Origin: Patescibacteria group bacterium
Lineage (GTDB): Bacteria; Patescibacteriota; Patescibacteriia; PEXW01
Length of the DNA stretch: 64,000 nt
Assembly (NCBI GenBank): GCA_041671325.1
Contig: JBAZBR010000001.1
Span: 25,771 to 89,770 of the forward strand
Reading direction: 5' to 3'
The translations under genes and the position numbers were made by a program. This document shows positions 57,060 to 64,000 of this stretch, piece by piece (the stretch's first letter is position 1; the number at the start of each line of letters is the position of its first letter). Below the pieces are notes generated by a model. The model was not told where the DNA came from, did no database searches, and worked only from the letters and a program-made list of their open reading frames with translations.

Positions 57060-57131
57060 CGGCCTATAGCTCAGTTGGGAGAGCGCTAGGCATGGACCTA
57101 GGGGTCCCTGGTTCAAATCCAGGTAGGCCGA
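57060..57131 (+). tRNA. tRNA-like gene, probable tRNA-Pro (UGG) with atypical 6-nt anticodon loop; no encoded CCA
   Basis: Acceptor CGGCCUA/UAGGCCG, D-arm GCUC-AGUUGGGA-GAGC, T-arm CCUGG-UUCAAAU-CCAGG, anticodon arm CUAGG-CAUGGA-CCUAG. Confidence 0.45.
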
Positions 57132-57216
57132 TAAGTTTCTTTGTACAAAAGGCGGATCAATCCAGATCCGCCTTTTTCTTGTGTTTTTAAGGAAAAAACC
57201 ATAAAATAAACCTACC

Positions 57217-58530
57217 ATGAATGAAAATTCAAAAATGGAAAAATTAGTTTCCTTCTGCAAACAAAGGGGTTTCATTTTTCAATCTGGGGAAAAATACGGC
57301 GGCTTGCAGGGCTTTTGGGATTTCGGGCCAATGGGGGTGGAACTGAAAAATAATTTGAAAAAATCCTGGTGGCAGCGTTTCGTGCAGGAAAGGCAGGATA
57401 TCGTGGGTTTGGATTCCGCAATCATCACTAATCCGCAGGTCTGGGAAAAGAGTGGGCATGTTCAAGGTTTTTCTGACAAATTAGTGGAATGTAAAAAATG
57501 TCATCACCGTTTTAAGGTTGATGATTTAGGTGATGTTAAGAAATGTCCAGATTGCCAGGGTGAATTTACGATAGAAAAGAATTTTAACACCATGTTCAAG
57601 ACTTTTGTCGGGCCAGTTGAAGATTCCTCGTCTACGGCTTTTTTGCGACCCGAAACCGCACAGAATATTTTTATTAATTTTGACAATGTCCGGCAGTCTT
57701 CTCGAATGAAGGTACCTTTTGGTATTGCCCAGATTGGCAAAGCGTTCCGGAATGAAATTACCCCTGGGAATTTTATTTTCCGCTCCAGAGAATTTGAACA
57801 AATGGAAATCGAATATTTTGTGGAACCCAAAGATGATGAGAAGTGGTTTAAAAAATGGGTAGAAGAAAGCCGGCAATGGTTTATTGATATTGGCATTAAA
57901 AAAGAAAACTTGCGTTTGTTTGAACAGCCAAAAGCAGAATTGGCGCATTATTCCAAAGCTACGACTGATATTGAATACAAATTTCCATTCGACAAAGGTT
58001 GGGCAGAGTTGATGGGTATTGCCAACCGCACGGATTTTGACTTGAAGGCTCATGGGTTTATGTATAAAGATGAAAATAATAAAGAATTCGTGCCATACGT
58101 GATTGAACCTTCGGCTGGCGTGGATCGGGCCATGTTGGCGATTTTGTTGGATGCTTTTGAAGAAGTAAAAGGCGGCCGAACCACCACCACGGAAAGCACT
58201 AAAGAATCAGAAGTTGTTTTGCGCTTGCATAAGTCTATAGCCCCATACAAGGTAGCGGTTTTGCCTTTATCCAAAAAAGAACAATTAAGCAAACCGGCTT
58301 TGGAAATTTTCAAAGATTTGCAAAAGCATTTTATGGTCACTTATGATGAAATTTCCTCAATTGGCCGGCGTTATCGCAGGCAAGATGAAATCGGCACGCC
58401 GTATTGCGTCACCATGGATTTTGAAAGCTTGGATGATAAAAAAGTCACGGTCAGGGATCGGGACACTATGGCCCAGGACCGGATTGCGATAGGGGATTTG
58501 ATTAATTATTTAAAAGAAAAATTAAATTAA
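57217..58530 (+). CDS. glyQS: Glycine--tRNA ligase (class II, homodimeric type)
   Basis: MNENSKMEKLVSFCKQRGFIFQSGEKYGGLQGFWDFGPMGVELKNN... Confidence 0.9.
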   Translation: MNENSKMEKLVSFCKQRGFIFQSGEKYGGLQGFWDFGPMGVELKNNLKKSWWQRFVQERQDIVGLDSAIITNPQVWEKSGHVQGFSDKLVECKKCHHRFKVDDLGDVKKCPDCQGEFTIEKNFNTMFKTFVGPVEDSSSTAFLRPETAQNIFINFDNVRQSSRMKVPFGIAQIGKAFRNEITPGNFIFRSREFEQMEIEYFVEPKDDEKWFKKWVEESRQWFIDIGIKKENLRLFEQPKAELAHYSKATTDIEYKFPFDKGWAELMGIANRTDFDLKAHGFMYKDENNKEFVPYVIEPSAGVDRAMLAILLDAFEEVKGGRTTTTESTKESEVVLRLHKSIAPYKVAVLPLSKKEQLSKPALEIFKDLQKHFMVTYDEISSIGRRYRRQDEIGTPYCVTMDFESLDDKKVTVRDRDTMAQDRIAIGDLINYLKEKLN

Positions 58531-58700
58531 CACTGTCATTGCGAGGAAGTGCCCATAGGCACTGACGCGGCAATCTCTTGGTTAAATAGTGAGATCGCCA
58601 CGGCTTTCGACCTTGCGATGATAAAAATTTACGGTGTACATTTCGATTTTCCGCAATGGGCGGATGAAAGAACAATTAATAATAGTTAATATAAATTAAT

Positions 58701-59111
58701 ATGGGCGTTGTAAGCGGATTTTTACATAGAACTACTAGTATTACAGATCCAATAACGGGCTGTACAGCTGGCGATACTGCTTCTTTGGAGGCTTGTAACC
58801 AGACATATTACCTTAAGCAGCAAAATTCAATACTTCAAAAGACCCAATCACAACAAGCATCAGCGGCCAACACTCAAAAAAATGTTAAAGAACTTCAAGA
58901 TCAAATTACTACATTACAACAGGATAACGCTGTGCTTAAAGCAAAGTCAGAACTTTTTCAACAAGTTGAGCAAGGAAATACTCAGTTAGTTGTACAATTA
59001 GCAAATCAAACAGCTAAAAACGATTTATTTTTAGCGTTAATTATTAGTCTTGCTATGTTAATGGCCGTCGGGTGGATAATGTTTATACTTCGAATAAAAC
59101 ATAATCATTAA
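58701..59111 (+). CDS. hypothetical Gln-rich coiled-coil protein with C-terminal TM anchor (136 aa)
   Basis: ORF in AT-rich islet. Confidence 0.4.
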   Translation: MGVVSGFLHRTTSITDPITGCTAGDTASLEACNQTYYLKQQNSILQKTQSQQASAANTQKNVKELQDQITTLQQDNAVLKAKSELFQQVEQGNTQLVVQLANQTAKNDLFLALIISLAMLMAVGWIMFILRIKHNH

Positions 59112-59121
59112 TTCGTAATAT

Positions 59122-59415
59122 ATGTTGAATAAAATAGTTACGTTGCCTAGATTAATTTTTGTATTAATTTTTGGATATGTTGGCGCAAATATATCAGCCT
59201 TCTTTGCTTATAATCAAGGTAAAGCAGACTCAATTGATTATTTAGCCGGGGGCGCAATTGCGGTTTTTACTTTAGCAGTTGGGATTGGGTTTGGTTATTC
59301 GTATTTAAAAAAGCAAGAGAGCAACAAAGAAATTAATGCTGAAATTATGGGATTTATTTTAGCTACCATAATTGAAATTGGAATTAATACTTACCTTATC
59401 TTCTCAAATCTTTAA
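59122..59415 (+). CDS. small membrane protein (97 aa)
   Basis: 3 TM helices. Confidence 0.45.
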   Translation: MLNKIVTLPRLIFVLIFGYVGANISAFFAYNQGKADSIDYLAGGAIAVFTLAVGIGFGYSYLKKQESNKEINAEIMGFILATIIEIGINTYLIFSNL

Positions 59416-59456
59416 AATAAAAATAAATTTAATGTTATCATTGCCCTTCAGCTGGA

Positions 59457-60119
59457 TTGAAAATGAAACCAAGAAGAATCCATCAAACAGATTTCCCATA
59501 TTTTATTACCACTAAAGTTAAAGGTAATAAGAGTTTTTTTGATAATGTTGAATATTCAGAATTACTAAATGATGTGATTATCAACACTTGTAAATTAAAA
59601 GGTTATTTATTGGTATCATTTTGCATAATGCCTGATCATTTGCATTTGATTGTTTGGCAAGATCCTGAACTATTAATAACCAACCCAGCGCGGGCGGCTC
59701 TGCCCGCGTCTGGGCATGGAAAATCTATATCCACCGTAGCCACAGGGGGCTGCGCTGGGGTTGGAGAGGCGGCAGAAAGCGCTGTTAACACCCGCGCTGG
59801 GTTAATAAGTATAAAGGACACGCTTCCGAATTCCAAAACCCCAGCCCAGGCGGCCCTGCCTGGGCGCGTACAGACAATTTCCGATTTAATGCATGGCATC
59901 AAATCGTATTTTATTGAAAGACTTAGAGTTTTATATCAAATAAACGATTTTTCTTGGCAACCAAGTTTTCATTTCAGAATTTTAAGCTCTGATGAGGCCG
60001 CTAAAACTGCCATCAAGTATATTCAGACAAACCCAATAAAAACTAAACTTACAGAAAAATTTACGCAAAAGCCATATCAATACTTGGATGAAGGATTAGT
60101 CCAAGGTGTGCTAAAATGA
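59457..60119 (+). CDS. REP-associated tyrosine transposase (RAYT) / IS200-like Y1 HUH transposase with about 65-aa in-frame insertion
   Basis: N-terminal PRRIHQTDFPYFITTKV; HUH motif IMPDHLHLIV; C-terminal WQPSFHFRIL...AIKYIQTNPIK with catalytic Tyr. Confidence 0.7.
   Translation: MKMKPRRIHQTDFPYFITTKVKGNKSFFDNVEYSELLNDVIINTCKLKGYLLVSFCIMPDHLHLIVWQDPELLITNPARAALPASGHGKSISTVATGGCAGVGEAAESAVNTRAGLISIKDTLPNSKTPAQAALPGRVQTISDLMHGIKSYFIERLRVLYQINDFSWQPSFHFRILSSDEAAKTAIKYIQTNPIKTKLTEKFTQKPYQYLDEGLVQGVLK
59686..59868 (+). repeat. GC-rich (~65%) palindromic insertion (two REP-like units in inverted orientation, BIME-like) inside the RAYT ORF, in frame
   Basis: CCCAGCGCGGGCGGCTCTGCCCGCG...CCCGCGCTGGG and CCCAGGCGGCCCTGCCTGGG; flanks are ~30% GC. 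Confidence 0.6.
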
Positions 60120-61054
60120 CGTATATGGATAAAAAAATAAAAATCGGCATTACTTTAGCTCTAAGCACTGCGGTAATTTCGGGTGTGGTGAATTTTTTAA
60201 GCAAAGTTAGTGTCACCGTCCTAAAAGATGCCACACTTTTTACTTTTTTAAAGAATTCCATTGTCGCAGTTTTATTAGTTGGGATCATTTTGGCTTTCAA
60301 AAAATGGCCGGAAATTAAAGCACTTAATAAAAAAAGTTGGATAAACTTATTGCTTATAGGCGCAATCGGCGGTAGTTTGCCATTCATCCTTTACTTCCAA
60401 GGTTTGACTCACACCAGCGCTTTAACTGCTGGTTTTATCCATAAGACTTTATTTATTTGGGTGGCGATTTTTGCCGTCGGGTTTTTAAAAGAAAAGATTG
60501 GCCGTTTGCAAATAGGCGCTTTAGTTTTATTTTTAGGTGGGAATTTGCTTTTGGGTGGTTTCCAGAATTTCCATTTTGGCCAAGGCGAATTAATGATTTT
60601 GGCTGCCACGTTTTTGTGGGCCATTGAAAACATCATTGCCAAAAAAACCTTAAAAAATGTTTCCAGCCTGACCGTAGCTTCGGCTCGCATGGTTTTTGGG
60701 GCAGTAATTTTATTGGTCGTGGTTGGTTTTAGCGGGAAATTAACATTAATATCAAATCTTTCACCGGTGCAATGGTTGTGGACCCTAATTCCATCAGTGC
60801 TTTTACTGGGTTATATTTTGACTTGGTATTCAGCCTTGAAAATTTTACCGGCTTCAGTAGTCGCTTGTTTGTTAGTACCTGCAACATTTATTACCACGGT
60901 TTTATCAACCATATTCCTGAAAAATCCCTTAACCAGTTTGAATAATTTAAGCGGGGTTTTGGTTGTTAGCGCAATCGTTTTATTGGTTGCTAGTTTAAGG
61001 CAAACCCATTTGAAAAAAATCAATGTTAAATCCGCCAACGAATCCCTGGCGTGA
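60116..61054 (+). CDS. EamA/DMT-family transporter (10 TM)
   Basis: Two EamA-like 5-TM halves. Confidence 0.7.
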   Translation: MTYMDKKIKIGITLALSTAVISGVVNFLSKVSVTVLKDATLFTFLKNSIVAVLLVGIILAFKKWPEIKALNKKSWINLLLIGAIGGSLPFILYFQGLTHTSALTAGFIHKTLFIWVAIFAVGFLKEKIGRLQIGALVLFLGGNLLLGGFQNFHFGQGELMILAATFLWAIENIIAKKTLKNVSSLTVASARMVFGAVILLVVVGFSGKLTLISNLSPVQWLWTLIPSVLLLGYILTWYSALKILPASVVACLLVPATFITTVLSTIFLKNPLTSLNNLSGVLVVSAIVLLVASLRQTHLKKINVKSANESLA

Positions 61055-61805
61055 TCCGTCTTTACAGACGAGACAGGACGGCGTAGCGCGTTGCGCCAAA
61101 TACGCCTTTGGACCAAACAAGCTACACATGTGCGGCCCTGACGCTAATAGCGAAGTTTTAGCATATTTAAAAGCTGGCGTGACTGACGCGGGCTTAACGC
61201 ATATTTTGCAAAAATTCCAGACACTGTACCCATATTTACGCTCGATTGCCAGGGCAAACCACATCAAAGACCCTTTTGACGATCGGGTAGTGGAAGCTTA
61301 TTGGCTGGGCAATGAATTATTGGAAAGCGTGCCTAAGAATCAATTTTACAAACACCTGGCAGATGATTTGGAATTAAAAAGAAAAAGCTCGCCCAAGAAT
61401 TTTGACGAATTGATCCAAAAATTGCCCCAAGGCGCCAGAATGCATCATTCTTTTCATGTGTTCAATGTTTACAAACGCACTGGCCATTTGGAAATCCTGC
61501 ACACTTTAGAAAGCATGGATGCTTGCCGGATAAGTTGGGGTAAGGTGGAAAAAATTGATGGGCCAAAAGTTACTTTGAAAAGAAAACCTTTAAAATTAAT
61601 AAACCAAAAATTAGAACTAGCTCCTGAAGAAGATTTTGTTTTGCATCGCAGGCTTGAGGAAGATAATACTTTTGACGAACTTAAAAAAGGAGATCTGGTG
61701 ACTTTGCATTGGTACCAGGCGTGTGAAATTGTCCAACCTGAAAATATTAAATGGTTGGACTTTTACACCAATAAGCACTTGCAATTAGCCAACTTAACCA
61801 TTTAA
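61023..61805 (+). CDS. hypothetical protein (260 aa; start uncertain, possibly 61128)
   Basis: ORF between the transporter and the hydrogenase maturation protease. Confidence 0.4.
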   Translation: MLNPPTNPWRDPSLQTRQDGVARCAKYAFGPNKLHMCGPDANSEVLAYLKAGVTDAGLTHILQKFQTLYPYLRSIARANHIKDPFDDRVVEAYWLGNELLESVPKNQFYKHLADDLELKRKSSPKNFDELIQKLPQGARMHHSFHVFNVYKRTGHLEILHTLESMDACRISWGKVEKIDGPKVTLKRKPLKLINQKLELAPEEDFVLHRRLEEDNTFDELKKGDLVTLHWYQACEIVQPENIKWLDFYTNKHLQLANLTI

Positions 61806-61808
61806 TTT

Positions 61809-62180
61809 ATGGAAATTTGGATTTTTGGCAACCCGGATTTACCCGAAGATAGCCTGCCGATTAAGCTGCTTCCGATTTTGCAAAAGACTTACCCTAAGCA
61901 TAAATTCATTCTCCAAGACCCTTTGGACGAATGGCAAATGCCAGCCAAGCTTTTTATTATCGATACCATTAAGGGTCTGGATAAGGTCCAGGTTTTCAAA
62001 TCCTTGCAAGAATTTGAAAACGCCCCCAGGGTTACCATGCATGATTACGATTTATTGACTAACCTGGCTTTTTTAAAAAAACTAAACAAACTCCCAGAAT
62101 TTCAAATCCTGGGTATCCCGCCGGAAATGGCTTTTGAGCAAGCTCTGGAAAACGTAAAAGCTAAGCTTTCTGAATTTTGA
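61809..62180 (+). CDS. probable hydrogenase maturation endopeptidase (HycI/FrhD-like)
   Basis: N-terminal IWIFGNPDLPEDS resembles the GNxxxxDDG motif; adjacent to [NiFe]-hydrogenase genes. Confidence 0.45.
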   Translation: MEIWIFGNPDLPEDSLPIKLLPILQKTYPKHKFILQDPLDEWQMPAKLFIIDTIKGLDKVQVFKSLQEFENAPRVTMHDYDLLTNLAFLKKLNKLPEFQILGIPPEMAFEQALENVKAKLSEF

Positions 62181-63462
62181 TTTTTAAGAAATGCGAAGCG
62201 CAACTCATGCAGGGGTCATATGCCCGGATGATTTTTTCCAATTCCAATTGGATAGTTTCCTGGTCAGGATCAGTCGGTAAAATTTCCTGCAAATGTTTAG
62301 CCATATCCTGTTCAATATTAATTTGATTTTGGCCAGTTGGAACCACGATTTCTCCTTCTTTAACCAAGCCATCTTCGCCAATGTCCACTTTGTGGTATAA
62401 GGTCCCGCGGGGCGCTTCAACCACGCCAATGCCAATGCCGGATTTTTTAGTCGGTTGGACCAAAGCTTCTTTTTGGAATTTGGTATTTGTTAAGTAATCA
62501 ATTGATTGGTCAACCGAATGTAGGATTTCAATGGCCTGGGCCAGGTTATTGTCAAAAATATTGGTGGAGGGAAATTTAGCCAGCGTAGATTTTAAATCAG
62601 CTTTAGTTTTTGGATGCAAAGACTCTTTAGCCAAGTTCAATCTGGCCAAAGCGCCGACCATATAAGTTTCACCTTTGAATTCATAACCGGAAGCTTGGGA
62701 ATAGGGGATAACTTTGTGTTCCAAATGGTTCCGAAAATCTTTTTCCTGGATCCGTTCGTCAGTCAAATCGCTGGCAATTTCCCCATCCAAAAAGGAAAAG
62801 GGATTATTGACCAGGGCCATGAAATGGGTTTTGCGGTCAAATTTGTATTGGCATTTTTCAAACCTTTCCACGGTTCGTAAAACCGCAGGCCGGATATGTT
62901 CCAATTTATGGATGGCTTCTTTTACTTCATCAACAGTGGGGACTTTTAAGAATCCGCCAATGCTGGGGTTGACGGCGTGCACACTGCGGCCAGCTATGAT
63001 AATTGATAAATAATTACCCGCGGCCTTAATGTCAAAAGCGTCGTGCAAGATTTGGTGCTGTTCAGGATCATTCTCGTTAAAAGACAAAAAAGAATCCTTG
63101 CCATACATGTCTGGCAAGGCGAAAAGGTATAGGTGTAGGGCGTGGTCGCGGATATTCAAGCCATACATGGTCAAATGTTTCATGATCATGGATTGCTCGG
63201 TCGGTTGAATGCCTAAAGCATGTTCGCAGGCTTCAATACTGCAGAGCAAATGCGCGTTGGAGCAAGTGCCGCAAATCCTGGCCAGGAGGGCCGGTAACCC
63301 GCGATAAAGCTTGCCGCGCATGGCTTGGGTGTAAAACCTTTTATACTCGGTTATGCCAAAGCGGCAATATTCCACTTTACCAGCTTTGATTTTCACGTCC
63401 AAGGTGGCCGCGCCTTCAACCTTGGTAATTTCTTTGGTTAAGGATAAATCTACTGTATGCAT
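62161..63462 (-). CDS. [NiFe]-hydrogenase large subunit, group 3-like
   Basis: L1 motif RICGTCSNAH near N-terminus and L2 motif DPCMSCASH at C-terminus. Confidence 0.85.
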   Translation of the reverse strand: MHTVDLSLTKEITKVEGAATLDVKIKAGKVEYCRFGITEYKRFYTQAMRGKLYRGLPALLARICGTCSNAHLLCSIEACEHALGIQPTEQSMIMKHLTMYGLNIRDHALHLYLFALPDMYGKDSFLSFNENDPEQHQILHDAFDIKAAGNYLSIIIAGRSVHAVNPSIGGFLKVPTVDEVKEAIHKLEHIRPAVLRTVERFEKCQYKFDRKTHFMALVNNPFSFLDGEIASDLTDERIQEKDFRNHLEHKVIPYSQASGYEFKGETYMVGALARLNLAKESLHPKTKADLKSTLAKFPSTNIFDNNLAQAIEILHSVDQSIDYLTNTKFQKEALVQPTKKSGIGIGVVEAPRGTLYHKVDIGEDGLVKEGEIVVPTGQNQINIEQDMAKHLQEILPTDPDQETIQLELEKIIRAYDPCMSCASHFLKIKIQKA

Positions 63463-63465
63463 AAA

Positions 63466-63948
63466 TTAAATAATCTTAAATTCCTTTAATAAAGCATCCA
63501 AAGCTTTTAAAAAGACTTTTTCATCCATGGGACAGCCGGGCACATTCATATCCACCTTGATTACATCAGCTAGTTTTTGGCCTTTGGGCAAGAATTCAAA
63601 TTTTTCCAAAAGCGGCTCGATTTCCTTGGCTTCTTTGGGTTTGAAAGTATTCCTTTGGGCTGAAGGCATGCCCGTGCAGGCGCAGGCGCCAATCGCCACG
63701 ACTTTTTTAGATTTTGAGCGGATTTCCTTGACCATATCAACCTGCTTTTGGGAGTTTAAGGCACCCTCAATAAAAGCTACGTCCAGCTTATCTAATACAT
63801 TTTTAGATTGTAAAACCCGGGCATGTCGGATATCCAACAGTTTTTTCCATTCCTGCCAATGGTCATTCAATAATTCTGTGAAAATAATAGTGCTGTCTTC
63901 ACAGCAAGAGAAGGTAAACCAGCCGATACGTAATTTCTTTTGGGGCAT
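63466..63948 (-). CDS. [NiFe]-hydrogenase small subunit, group 3-like
   Basis: Cys clusters FSCCE, GACACTG, GCPM; track start is TTG, ATG at 63948 (MPQKKLRIGW). Confidence 0.8.
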   Translation of the reverse strand: MPQKKLRIGWFTFSCCEDSTIIFTELLNDHWQEWKKLLDIRHARVLQSKNVLDKLDVAFIEGALNSQKQVDMVKEIRSKSKKVVAIGACACTGMPSAQRNTFKPKEAKEIEPLLEKFEFLPKGQKLADVIKVDMNVPGCPMDEKVFLKALDALLKEFKII

Positions 63949-64000
63949 ATTTTTGGAATTCAAGATTATTAAGTATATTATAACAGTATAAGCCAGATAA

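Overview
This 64-kb window reads as a low-GC bacterial chromosome segment with a compact, single-transcription-unit style. Promoters are TTGACA/TATAAT-like, often with extended -10 TGnTATAAT, ribosome-binding sites are strong GGAGG, and several mRNAs look leaderless. Gene content is reminiscent of Patescibacteria/CPR-like or other small-genome Gram-positive-like bacteria, but that is inference only. Housekeeping genes recognised: nrdJ (class II, B12-dependent RNR, 5' partial), cobO, glnA, prfB (with the canonical CUU-UGA-C +1 frameshift), glmS, comEC (split), infC-rpmI-rplT, smpB plus an unannotated tmRNA (ssrA), argS, ileS, recO, a split clpC-like gene, purA-guaB, glyQS, tRNA-Asp, a second atypical tRNA and a group-3 [NiFe]-hydrogenase. 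Unusual content: (i) a cobalamin riboswitch controlling a DUF4430 lipoprotein plus ECF S-component pair; (ii) a block of seven small membrane-protein genes, each separated by one copy of a conserved palindromic hairpin (AAAAGAGCGGCCGG..GTCGCTCTTTT), often fused to a TTGACA promoter; (iii) a 0.5-kb element bounded by 12-bp terminal inverted repeats carrying a DUF559 endonuclease and an 88-bp G/C-tract twin-hairpin repeat that recurs 7.6 kb away; (iv) a GC-rich (~58%) two-gene island and a direct-repeat-flanked small-gene cassette next to tRNA-Asp, with nested tRNA fragment copies; (v) a REP-associated tyrosine transposase (RAYT/IS200-like) whose ORF carries an in-frame GC-rich palindromic insertion; (vi) a 57-aa Cys-rich tandem-motif micro-protein missing from the ORF track and a two-member 69-aa protein family; (vii) a DUF397 gene, unusual outside Actinobacteria.
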